Assembly: GCA_965248435.1 (NCBI GenBank)
Contig: OZ252100.1
Location: 1,664,001 to 1,728,000 of the forward strand
Reading direction: 5' to 3'
From: Candidatus Latescibacterota bacterium
Lineage (GTDB): Bacteria > Latescibacterota > UBA2968 > GCA-2709665
Length of the DNA stretch: 64,000 nt
Position 1 is the stretch's first letter, and every line of letters begins with the position of its first letter. The notes under the pieces are model-generated. The model saw nothing but the letters and a program-made list of their open reading frames with translations. It searched no databases and was not told the DNA's origin. Made by a program: the position numbers and the translations under genes. This document shows, in pieces, positions 20,263 to 29,879 of this stretch.

Positions 20263-21057
20263 ATGGATCAAAAACGCCTTATGGCCCAAGCATCGCGAAA
20301 GATCGTCTCTCAGAGTTTGAGCTCGAAAACGAACACGACTTCGGATTTCAATTACTTAGACCAGCTCGAGGACTATTTCTTCCAAACTGATGGCACTTAC
20401 GCCGAGAAGATTGCAGCGTTCCCAAAATATGTTCCCCGCCAGAGACTGACCGACTTCCTTTCCCTTTACGAAATCTTTAAAAGGGTCCTCTCGGTCCAGG
20501 GTTCGGTGATAGACTGCGGGGTTTACCGCGGCAGATCGTTGATGACCTACGCCCAGCTTAGTGCTATTCTCGAACCCATGAACTATCAGCGACAAATCGT
20601 GGGATTCGACACTTTCAGGGGATTCCTTAGCTTATCGGAAGAGGATAGCTTGGGAACACACGATCAAACAAAAGCTGGTGGCTTCAAGGCGGATTCCTAC
20701 AATGAGCTTCTTGAGTGCATTCGACTATATGACGCGAACCGGTTTCTGAATCACATGCCGAAAGTGATTCTCGTAAAGGGAGACATCGTAGAAACAGCAC
20801 CTGCGTTTCTACAAAAGAACCCACACACCGTCGTAAGTCTCCTTTCTCTGGACCTTAGCCTATACGAGCCAACCAAAGCGGCGTTAAAAGCTTTCCTGCC
20901 TCGAATGCCGAAGGGCGCGGTCATCACTTTCTCGGAAATGAACTGTACAGACTTCAGCGGCGAGGTGCCGGCGGTAATCGAAGAGCTGGGCATCCGCAAC
21001 CTCCGGATCGAGCGGAATCCCTTTGACACCGTAGCTTCATTTGCAGTTCTGGAGTAG
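20263..21057 (+). CDS. TylF/MycF/NovP-like O-methyltransferase family protein
   Basis: DCGVYRG, GFDTFRGF, VKGDI, LDLSLYEPT, MPKG. Confidence 0.7.
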   Translation: MDQKRLMAQASRKIVSQSLSSKTNTTSDFNYLDQLEDYFFQTDGTYAEKIAAFPKYVPRQRLTDFLSLYEIFKRVLSVQGSVIDCGVYRGRSLMTYAQLSAILEPMNYQRQIVGFDTFRGFLSLSEEDSLGTHDQTKAGGFKADSYNELLECIRLYDANRFLNHMPKVILVKGDIVETAPAFLQKNPHTVVSLLSLDLSLYEPTKAALKAFLPRMPKGAVITFSEMNCTDFSGEVPAVIEELGIRNLRIERNPFDTVASFAVLE

Positions 21058-22398
21058 TTGAAAGGTTTTTTGTCTATGCGCGCATTCCACGTTGAAGATC
21101 ACAATGTCCGCACCATGTGGACCCTTGCCGAAGAGCTTGTCCCGATCTATCGGACGCTGGTTTCACCTGGATTTGAGGAATCCCTTGGCCTGGTACAGAA
21201 TCGGCTACCCCTCAACATCAAGCGGTACCCTTCGGGAGGAAAGGTTTTCGACTGGACCATCCCACAGTCCTGGACCGTTCGTGAGGCCTATCTGGCGGAC
21301 ACGCAAGGCCGCAGGATCATCGAATACGCCAATGAACCTCTGTTCGTAGGGCCTTACAGCCAGCCGTTTTCAGGTGTCGTGGAAAAACAGGACCTCATGC
21401 CCCACCTTAACTCCCTATCTCACCTTCCTGATGCGATTCCGCTATGCCCTTCCTACTATGCGAAAGATTGGAAACTTGGGATTCCAGATGCGCTGAAGAA
21501 GCGGCTCAACGAAGACCGCTATAGGGTGCACATAGACTCGAGACTCGAGGACGGGAACCTTTGCATTGGGGAAGCATATCTACCCGGAAGGTCTGAGAAG
21601 GAGATAATCCTGACGACCTATATGTGTCATCCCGTGATGGCGAACGACAATATCTCCGGAGTTGCTGTGGCGTCGGAGCTTTTTCGGATTCTGTCGAGTT
21701 TTCCCGAAAGGAACTTCTCATACCGGCTCATCATCATCCCTGAGACAATCGGATCGATCACATTCCTTTACCACCATCAGCCCGAACTCAAAAACGTCAT
21801 CGGCGGCTACAATCTGACCTGCTGTGGAGATCCGGGAAAAATCCACTTCAAGCAATCCTGGTCCGGCGATTCACTACTCGACCGAGCCGCCCGGAAAGTC
21901 CTGATGGATAGAGAGCAGGATCATCGTATTCTGCCATACTACTTGAGTGGTTCTGACGAGCGGCAATTTAACGCCCCAGGCTTCCGCATTCCCATGCCGA
22001 CCATCATGAGAACGCCGCCTGCTCAGTTCCCGGAGTATCATTCCTCCTTTGACAACCTGAAGTTCATAACCCCGGACGCACTTCGAGACACACTACAGTT
22101 CGTTTTGGACACCCTATTCGTCGTGGATAACAACAGGACATACAAAAACATCTATCGGGCTGAGCCCTTTCTCTCGGATAAAGGAATCTTCACCCAGGTC
22201 CACGTGGGTCCGTACGGAGTCTTTAACAAGGGAAAGGCGGGCGTGGATCCGGGATATCTGAACCAGATTGTCATCCACGAAACAGATGGCCGCCAAGACC
22301 TTCTTTCTATAGCAGAGAAGTGGTCTTGTCCATTTCCAGAACTCCTGCACGCCTCCGAGAAGTTCAAGCGGGTCGATCTTGTCAACCTAGTAGAATAG
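21058..22398 (+). CDS. DUF4910 family protein (M28 peptidase-like with C-terminal winged helix)
   Basis: FDWTIP, CHPVMANDNISG, PETIGSI, GSDERQF, FPEYHSS, DG..DLLSIA. Confidence 0.8.
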   Translation: MKGFLSMRAFHVEDHNVRTMWTLAEELVPIYRTLVSPGFEESLGLVQNRLPLNIKRYPSGGKVFDWTIPQSWTVREAYLADTQGRRIIEYANEPLFVGPYSQPFSGVVEKQDLMPHLNSLSHLPDAIPLCPSYYAKDWKLGIPDALKKRLNEDRYRVHIDSRLEDGNLCIGEAYLPGRSEKEIILTTYMCHPVMANDNISGVAVASELFRILSSFPERNFSYRLIIIPETIGSITFLYHHQPELKNVIGGYNLTCCGDPGKIHFKQSWSGDSLLDRAARKVLMDREQDHRILPYYLSGSDERQFNAPGFRIPMPTIMRTPPAQFPEYHSSFDNLKFITPDALRDTLQFVLDTLFVVDNNRTYKNIYRAEPFLSDKGIFTQVHVGPYGVFNKGKAGVDPGYLNQIVIHETDGRQDLLSIAEKWSCPFPELLHASEKFKRVDLVNLVE

Positions 22399-24713
22399 AC
22401 CTATAATCAATCATCTATAATGTATCCTTTCGATGCCTCCGAAGTAGAGGCGGCCATCGCGGCGCTTCTCGATGAAAATCACGATACTATCGTGATCCAT
22501 TCGAACATCTGCTCATTTGGGTACATTGAGAATCCTCTGAAGACAATAGCTGAATCCGTCTGCAAGGCAGCCTCTCCCGATCGGACTGTGCTTTTACCTA
22601 CCTTTACTCCCTCCTTCTGCCGCACCGGATGGTTCGACAGGGAAGAGACCCCATCCGAAACGGGAGCCCTGAGCGAACATTTCAGGAATCTGCCGAATGC
22701 CGTTCGAACTCCCTGCCCAATCAATTCCTTCGCTGTGTTCGGCCCCGATGCGGGCGCATTTATGGAGTACGAGGCCTCCGCGACATGCTGGGGGCCCGGA
22801 TCGATCTATGAAGAGATCTACAATAAGAACGCACTCATTGTCGGTCTGGGCGAGCCTCTTGCCCTCACTGCTTCCATCTTTCACCACGCCGAGGAACTCG
22901 TCGGTGTTCCCTATCGGTTCTTCAAAACGTTTTCGGGTCACGTCAACGCCGACGAATTGGTCACCAGTGTCTCAAAACGGCTGTATGTAAGGCGACTCGA
23001 CCTACCGGTCGAATACAGCTATCGCGTAGCCACCGATCGCCTTAAAGAGGCTGGGAAACTTTGCCGAGTTCCGCTTGGGACTTCTTTCGTGGAAGCCTTT
23101 TCAGCGAAGGAGGGCGTCGATACTCTGATGGAAATCCTTCACAACGACCCTCTCGCCACACTCACAAACCGGGAAATCTATCTGACTGCCAATGCGCAGC
23201 GCTCCAGCGTTTTTCTAGGAAGCACCAACCTCGAATTGACCGGGAAGACGTTCGCACGAGAATTCGAGCGGTTGACTGGCGAAGACTGCAGATTCGTAAA
23301 AACGGAATTTGGCAGATTTCGACAGGAGATCTTGGACCCAGAAAGTCAGCTTCGAACTGCCAATCCGGACTATGTGGTGTTTCTTGAGCGGGCTGAAGAG
23401 GTCCTTGGGAGCCAGATGGAAGGTTCGTTCAACGGAGATGGAGAACTCAGGGCCGAAATTGAAAGCCGAGTCAAACACTATCTACAAACGATTCGCGAGG
23501 CACGTTCGGCACTGTCAGGAACCTTCTTTGTTGCCAACCTGCAGTTCCTCACGTCCTCACCGTTCGGAAACGCCGATGCCACATTTGCTGCCGGCGACGC
23601 ATCCGTACTAGACATCGCAAATTCGATTTTGCGGGAAGCAGTGCAGGAGCTTGAGGATACATATATCCTCGATTTTTGTCAGGTCGCCAGGCGCTTTGGT
23701 ACAGAAAGAGTCCACCCAGGAAAGTACTGGTACGTCGGCAGAATTCCCTTTTGCAAGGAGTTCACAATCGAGCTCGCCGAAGTCCTTACAGGGATGGCGC
23801 TCGCCGCAGAAGAGAAGACAATACGTCTGATCGTGGTAGACCTCGATCAGACACTCTGGGGCGGAGTGGTAGGCGAGGATGGTGTCGAGGGAATAGCTCT
23901 CGGTGGAGATTTTCCTGGTAATGTCTATTCCGATATTCAGCGCTACCTAAAGGCGCTCACAAAACGCGGCATTGCTCTGGCCGTTTGCAGCAAAAACACT
24001 GAGGAAATTGCTCTCAAGACGATTCGCACTCACCCCGAAATGATCCTCGACGAAAGCGACTTCGTGGAGATGCGGATCAACTGGAAGGATAAAGCCACCA
24101 ACATCCGGTCCATCTCCCAGGCACTATCGCTGCGGCCGGCCTCGGTGATGTTTATCGATGACAACCCGATCGAGCGAGAGTGGGTCCGTAGGAACATTTC
24201 TGAATGCACCGTCCCGGAACTGCCCAAGGATCCTGCTGAATGGGTCGGATTTCTCTCCAAATTACCTTGTCTACAGACCGTCCGGATAACATCCGAAGAC
24301 CTCGGACGGACGAAGCAGTACGTGGGTCGGAAGAAGGCGAAGGACTTTGAAATGACGTGTGAGTCCATCGATGAATTCCTCTCGGAACTCAAAATGTGCG
24401 TCTACCTGGAGAAACTCAACGAGTTCAACGTCTCCCGAGTATGTCAACTGTTGACCAAGACCAACCAGTTCAACACGACCACCAAGCGTTATCGCAAATC
24501 TAACCTACGCTTGCTCATCGAGTCGCAGGATGCGGAGGTTTTCGCTGTTGGCCTGGAGGACGGGTTTACAGAGCGTGAAATCATAGGAGTTTTCATCCTG
24601 GTACCAACCGAAGAGACCCTGTTGATCGATTCGTTCTTGCTCAGCTGTCGCGTTTTGGGAAGAAATGTGGAGTCCGCTCTGCTCGGTTGGATTTCCACCC
24701 ACGCAATCAACAA

Positions 24714-25768
24714 GCTGGATTCAATGACTAAGTGCAACACTTGGACTTGAAGACTTCAGCTGGTGTTTTGAAGTTAAGACATTTTCTTGGTCGGTTGTTG
24801 ATCCGGTTCTGAATTTTCTTTAACTCGTGTTTGCTGACCTTTGAGAAGTCTGTCTTCTTGGGGAGGTATCTGCGGACCAGACCGATAGCGTTTTCCACAG
24901 CGCCTCGCTCCCAGCTGTGGAACGGTTTGCAGAAATAGGATTTGGTGCCAAGCACCTCGTTGACCCGTTGATGTTGGCCGTTTTCGGATCCGTTGTCATA
25001 TGTGATGCTCTTCCTCATGTGGGGAGGATGTCGCCCAAGGCGTCGATTAATCGCTTCGGCGACCTCCGAGGGTCCGTTCTTTGCCAGCTTAGCCAGGTGT
25101 AGGTATCTCGACGATCGCTCAAGACAAGCGCCAACGGCCTGTTTGCTCTCACGAGAGATGATGGTGTCGGATTCCCAGTGGCCAGGTTGTTTCCGTTTTT
25201 CGATGTAACGGGGACGTCGATCGATCGAAATACGGCCTGGAATGTGGCTTTCCCGGTGTTTTCGGGTATGCCACCGCGGCTTTCGTTTTTTGTGAGCTCG
25301 GGATAAGCAAGCAACCAGATCCCGCTGCTTGTGCACCTTTGGATCGTAGATATACTGGTAGATGGCTTCGTGGCTGATACCCGCGCTCGGACGCTCCTCG
25401 GGAAGCCTCCCAGCGATCAACTCGGGAGACCATCCTTGCTTGAGTTTGGTCTCGACATATCGCCGGATAACCGGATTCTTCAGCCGTTTCCGCTTGCCGG
25501 CCTCCCGCTTACGTTTCTCAGCCCTTCTGTGAGCCTGGAGGCCCGAGTAACTCTCAGCTATCGGGGACGGATTACGTTTCAACTCTCTTGAAATCGTGCT
25601 GGCGCTCCGGTCAAGGGCCTTGGCAATATCTCTAAGGCTTGCACCAGTGGCTCGACAAAGCGCAATCTGCTCGCGTTCGTCTATCGTAAGATGCTTGTAA
25701 TTGTTTCCCATACACTTAGGATAGGACAGTTGCTACCCTAAGTGTTGCACTTCCTTATTGAACTCGGG
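24714..25768 (-). mobile_element. IS30-family insertion sequence, copy 1 (1055 bp)
   Basis: Imperfect terminal IRs CCCGAGTTCAATAAGGAAGTGCAACACTT / GCTGGATTCAATGACTAAGTGCAACACTT; CAA target duplication at 24711-24713 and 25769-25771. Confidence 0.95.
24728..25711 (-). CDS. IS30-family transposase
   Basis: HTH (STISRELKRN), WSPE, GHWESD, DNGSE, WERGAVEN, NNRPRKCL. Confidence 0.95.
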   Translation of the reverse strand: MGNNYKHLTIDEREQIALCRATGASLRDIAKALDRSASTISRELKRNPSPIAESYSGLQAHRRAEKRKREAGKRKRLKNPVIRRYVETKLKQGWSPELIAGRLPEERPSAGISHEAIYQYIYDPKVHKQRDLVACLSRAHKKRKPRWHTRKHRESHIPGRISIDRRPRYIEKRKQPGHWESDTIISRESKQAVGACLERSSRYLHLAKLAKNGPSEVAEAINRRLGRHPPHMRKSITYDNGSENGQHQRVNEVLGTKSYFCKPFHSWERGAVENAIGLVRRYLPKKTDFSKVSKHELKKIQNRINNRPRKCLNFKTPAEVFKSKCCT

Positions 25769-25956
25769 CAAGGGATTTCGACAACTTGTCGGATTGTTCG
25801 AGGCCACCCCGAGAAACGAACCGGTCGCCTCGCTCTATTCTCGACACGGATTCAGGCCGGTGACTGATCGCGAGTTCCGTCTCGACCTTGACAGCGTCCG
25901 CGTTGAGATTCCTGATTACTTCACGGTTTCCGAAAGCGGAGTGGATGAGGACCACG

Positions 25957-26433
25957 ATGAATCTGAAAAAGAGCGCAGAAGTTTCCACGTATACACTTGA
26001 TGAACTCACCGAGGGAATGTCGGCGCACTACACTGTGATGCTGGGCGGGCGGGAAGTGGGTCAGTTTGCCGGCACCTCTGGGGACTTGAGTCCCCTCCAC
26101 GTGGATGAGGAGTTTGGCAAGAATTCAGAATTCGGCTCTAATCTGGTCCACGGCATGTTGATCGCTTCACACTTCTCTACGCTCATCGGCGTCCATCTAC
26201 CAGGCCGAAATGCCCTACTTGCTGGAATAGATTTCGCCTTCGAGAAGCCCGTTCCCGTTGGCTCTGAAGTAACGGTTTCAGCCTCCATACTGGCGGTGCA
26301 GAAAGCCAACAGGATGGTTAAGCTGAACCTTTTGGCTTACTGGAATCGAGAGATTTGCGTTAGGGGTACGGCCAGCGTAAAGATCCAAAACGATCTGTCT
26401 AATCGCCCAGCGCAATCGGAGTCTTCCACATGA
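25957..26433 (+). CDS. MaoC-family (R)-specific hydratase/dehydratase
   Basis: SGDLSPLHVD hydratase motif, VHGML, FEKPV. Confidence 0.85.
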   Translation: MNLKKSAEVSTYTLDELTEGMSAHYTVMLGGREVGQFAGTSGDLSPLHVDEEFGKNSEFGSNLVHGMLIASHFSTLIGVHLPGRNALLAGIDFAFEKPVPVGSEVTVSASILAVQKANRMVKLNLLAYWNREICVRGTASVKIQNDLSNRPAQSESST

Positions 26434-27548
26434 CTCAAACAACAATCCACGACCCGTCAAAGCCTGGTGTCGCACTTGTGTCGGGTGGAACCGGCAGCCT
26501 TGGACAGGAAGTCGTGCGTGCACTGGCTGCGGCGGGATGGACTGTAGCATTTCAGTACAATAGGTCCGAAAAAACAGCCCGGAATTTGACGGAGGAAGTG
26601 CACAGGGCCCGTGGAACCGCCCATCCATTCCAGTTCGCCTTCGAATCAGGTTTGAGATCCCCAGAGGCCTTTATAAAGGAGATCTCCGATCAACTAGGAT
26701 TCATCCGCGCGTTTATCCACTGCTGCACACCCGTGTTCAGGCTATCGGATTATCGATCCAACTGGATGGATGTATTCAATGATATGGTGTCCCTCAACCT
26801 CGAAATGTTCCTAGGAATGGCCAATGCCTGCTTGCCACCGATGATGTTTCGGCAAGACGGAACCGTGGTTACAATTTTGTCCGATGCAGTAAGGCCTGAC
26901 AGGATCCCGCAGTTTTCCGCTTACGCTGCGGCAAAATTGGCGCAAGCCTCCCTTGTCAAAGATTTGTCTGAATCCGTCGAGGGTGCCGGAGTTCGGGTCG
27001 CCGGTTTGCTGCCAGGCGCGTTCGTCCAAGATCAAGGCAAGGAGAAGAATGAATTACCAGGCCCTGTAATCAATGCAATACGATCCCGCTGGCCAGTCGG
27101 CCTACCCCCGGTCAGATTGGCGCACGTCATCGAGAAAGCGATTCGACCCGATTCAGATCTTCAAAACGGACAGTTCCTTTCCATCGACGCGATGGGTGGG
27201 AAACTTGATGTGACACTCAGCGGATTCTTTGCTGGAGAGGCAAAGGATCCATCGCCATCCGTATCCCCAGAGCAAGCCCATGCCCTGGCCCCAGATACAG
27301 AATCCAATGATGCGTTGCGTTCGGATCTCAAGGAAGTCTTTCAAGAGGCCCTGGAACTCAACGGGAAAGAGGATCTGGAGGATGTCAGACTCGGCATAGG
27401 AGCGTGGGATTCCCTTCAGCATCTGGATCTCTTGATGTCGATCGAACACAAACTGAACGTAGATTTTGGAGACATATCGGGAGATTCGTTGACCAGCTTC
27501 CTGGACATCCTGGCGGCGGTTCGTCGCCTCAAAGCAGAGAGTCGATGA
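26430..27548 (+). CDS. SDR/FabG-like ketoreductase fused to a C-terminal acyl carrier protein
   Basis: GGTGSLG and YAAAK, then a Pro/Ser linker, then WDSLQHLDLLMSIE phosphopantetheine motif. Confidence 0.8.
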   Translation: MTQTTIHDPSKPGVALVSGGTGSLGQEVVRALAAAGWTVAFQYNRSEKTARNLTEEVHRARGTAHPFQFAFESGLRSPEAFIKEISDQLGFIRAFIHCCTPVFRLSDYRSNWMDVFNDMVSLNLEMFLGMANACLPPMMFRQDGTVVTILSDAVRPDRIPQFSAYAAAKLAQASLVKDLSESVEGAGVRVAGLLPGAFVQDQGKEKNELPGPVINAIRSRWPVGLPPVRLAHVIEKAIRPDSDLQNGQFLSIDAMGGKLDVTLSGFFAGEAKDPSPSVSPEQAHALAPDTESNDALRSDLKEVFQEALELNGKEDLEDVRLGIGAWDSLQHLDLLMSIEHKLNVDFGDISGDSLTSFLDILAAVRRLKAESR

Positions 27549-28774
27549 CCATGATCTCCGATAACACCGAGGGTCACTTTGATTCGCTCGCGTTCGAGCG
27601 GTTTCCTTTCATCACTGGGATGCGAACGGACCCGGAGCCGCTGAAGGGAATTCCCTCATTTCTTCCATTCCACCTCAACTACGAACCGCGTGGGGGTTTT
27701 GCGGCCCAAAAGGCAGGTCCCGGTGTGCGCGCGGCCCTTCTGATGGCTTACAAGACAGGATCCATGTTGTCGACGCCCCTCGGCGAAGGGAGTTTAAACG
27801 ACGCGCTCTCTCGTGAAATCCTAGCGCTCATTGCCGAAGCCTGTGGCGGGATCGGTGGGCGCAGGTTCTTTGAGCCGGGCTGTGGGAGAGGGGCGTTGCT
27901 CAAATCACTTCTGGACGAGGGTGCTTCTGCGGCTGACGGCTGCGAGCCAGGCCTTCAGGCGAAGGAGATCACGCAGCGAGAAAGTATGCGTGTCCAGCGG
28001 GAGTTCTTCGGAGAATCCGTCTACAAATCGGATTACGACTGTATATTTCACTATGGCGTGCTTGAGCACGTGGAAGAGCCGGCGGATTTCCTCTACGCGA
28101 ACGCACAGCTTCTAAAGACCGGTGGAACGGTCTTTGTGGCCGTCCCAGGATGCGAGCTGGACTTCGCACTGGGGAATTTCATGGTATTGGCTCACGAACA
28201 CTTGTCATATTTCACTGAATATTCCCTTCGTAGGATGATGTCGGCCGTCGGACTGCAGAACATCAGAACATGCACACTTTCATACAGTCACGGCATACTA
28301 TGTGCGTGGGGAGTACACGGGGATGATCCACGCCCTTCTCGGATCCTTACTTCCATGAACCACGAAGATTCCAGCCTCTTCCAAACATTCGTTCAGAAAA
28401 GCAAGACCCTTCTTGAAAAGCTTCAGAGTCGAGCAAACGCGCTTGCCGCCCGGGGCAAAACACTTGGCCTCTACGGCGTACCTCGCGCTCTACCGGGTCT
28501 ATTGGAGACCGGTGTTCCGCCAAGAATCTTCGACGGTGACTCTGCTAAACACGGAGCCTACTTCAGTGGCTCGCCAAACCCAGTAGAACCGCCCGATGAG
28601 TTGATACAGAACCCTGTCGATGAGCTCTGGATCCTGCCGATCCATCACGATCGAGCAATCCGCGACTACCTGGACGATGAGATTCTCCCCAATGCCAAAA
28701 TAAGTGTATTGTCCGTAATGGACTTCGCCAAAATGATCCGAGATAATCGACTTCCGGAGAGCACCTATGTCTGA
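27545..28774 (+). CDS. Class I SAM-dependent methyltransferase (sugar C/O-methyltransferase-like)
   Basis: EPGCGRG, VLEHV, HEHLSYF; ATGA overlap with the upstream stop. Confidence 0.75.
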   Translation: MTMISDNTEGHFDSLAFERFPFITGMRTDPEPLKGIPSFLPFHLNYEPRGGFAAQKAGPGVRAALLMAYKTGSMLSTPLGEGSLNDALSREILALIAEACGGIGGRRFFEPGCGRGALLKSLLDEGASAADGCEPGLQAKEITQRESMRVQREFFGESVYKSDYDCIFHYGVLEHVEEPADFLYANAQLLKTGGTVFVAVPGCELDFALGNFMVLAHEHLSYFTEYSLRRMMSAVGLQNIRTCTLSYSHGILCAWGVHGDDPRPSRILTSMNHEDSSLFQTFVQKSKTLLEKLQSRANALAARGKTLGLYGVPRALPGLLETGVPPRIFDGDSAKHGAYFSGSPNPVEPPDELIQNPVDELWILPIHHDRAIRDYLDDEILPNAKISVLSVMDFAKMIRDNRLPESTYV

Positions 28775-29870
28775 CTACGGAAAACCTCTGTATGTGGATA
28801 GGCTGAATTACTGCAAGCGCTGCTGCCTTCCTGAGACGGTCGAGGGCATCAAGTTCGATGAGATGGGCTTCTGTCAGGCCTGCCAGTCCTCCGAGCACAA
28901 GATGCACATGGACTGGACTGAAAGGGAGAAAGCTTTGCGGGAAATTCTGGAGTTCCACAAATCGCGGAGCGGAACCAACTACGATTGCATTGTCCCCGTT
29001 AGTGGCGGAAAGGACAGCGCTTTCCAACTTCACGTAATCGTTAAGGTCTACGGAATGAAACCGCTGGCCGTCACCCACAACCAGGGCCACGGGTGGCAGT
29101 CGGAAATCGGTAAGTTCAATCTCGAAAACATCCTCACAAAACTCAATGTCGATCACATTATGTTTACTCCTAGCTCGGACCTGGTTCGAAGAATCTCGCG
29201 AAGATCACTGGACACGATCGGCGATGCATGCTGGCATTGTCACGCAGGGATCGGAGCCTTCCCCTTACAGATCGCGGTCAAGTTCAACATCCCACTCATC
29301 ATCTGGGGGGAATCGGTCGCCGAGACGTCAGGGCGGGCGACCCATCTCGATCCGATCAAGTTCGACAGAGACTATTTGATGCGAGAGTCAATCAAGGTTG
29401 TGCCCAAGAAGATGGCTTGCGCGGACCTGTCTGAACGCGACCTGTCGCCCTACAACCTTCCATCGGCTGAAGAACTGGAAAGGGTCGGCGTCACTGGAAT
29501 CTATCTGGGCAATTACATCTTTTGGGACGAGGAGAGGCAGATGGAATTCCTGCAGGCCGAGTACGGCTGGCGGGACGGCTACGTCGAGGGCGCCTACAAA
29601 AGGTACAAGAGTGTGGAATGCCGGATGGCGGGCATCCACGACTATACGAAATTTCTGAAGCGCGGCTTCGGTCGCGGCACTGACCAGGCGAGTCTAGATG
29701 TGAGGAATGGACTTCTGACACAGGAAGAAGGTTTCGAGCTGGCCAAGAAGGTCGACGCAGAAAAACCTGGGATGCTTAAAGAATATCTGAAGATCGTGGA
29801 TCTCGAAGAGAGAGAGCTAGAGCACATCATCAAGAGCCAGAGAACCGGTAAAGCGAAACTCCTGCCTTGA
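28767..29870 (+). CDS. N-acetyl sugar amidotransferase (WbuX/PseA family), copy 2
   Basis: CKRC...CQAC, SGGKDS, CWHC, WGE, KRGFGRGTD. Confidence 0.88.
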   Translation: MSDYGKPLYVDRLNYCKRCCLPETVEGIKFDEMGFCQACQSSEHKMHMDWTEREKALREILEFHKSRSGTNYDCIVPVSGGKDSAFQLHVIVKVYGMKPLAVTHNQGHGWQSEIGKFNLENILTKLNVDHIMFTPSSDLVRRISRRSLDTIGDACWHCHAGIGAFPLQIAVKFNIPLIIWGESVAETSGRATHLDPIKFDRDYLMRESIKVVPKKMACADLSERDLSPYNLPSAEELERVGVTGIYLGNYIFWDEERQMEFLQAEYGWRDGYVEGAYKRYKSVECRMAGIHDYTKFLKRGFGRGTDQASLDVRNGLLTQEEGFELAKKVDAEKPGMLKEYLKIVDLEERELEHIIKSQRTGKAKLLP

Positions 29871-29879
29871 GATATCCGA

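Larger units (their letters stand above)
22420..26000 (+). pseudogene. AAC(3)/YokD-like N-acyltransferase fused to FkbH (HAD-IIIC plus GNAT-like C-terminus), interrupted by IS30
   Basis: N-terminus IVIHS, LPTFT, TGALSE, HHAEE; FkbH motifs DLDQTLWGG, CSKN, FIDDNP, KTNQFN, SCRVLGR. Removing 24714-25771 restores an 840-aa frame (...AINK|GFRQLVG...TPRN). Confidence 0.85.

Noticed and set aside
22420-23200. Aminoglycoside resistance gene aac(3)
   Set aside because: The domain is fused to FkbH inside a glycan locus, so a biosynthetic acyltransferase role is more parsimonious.
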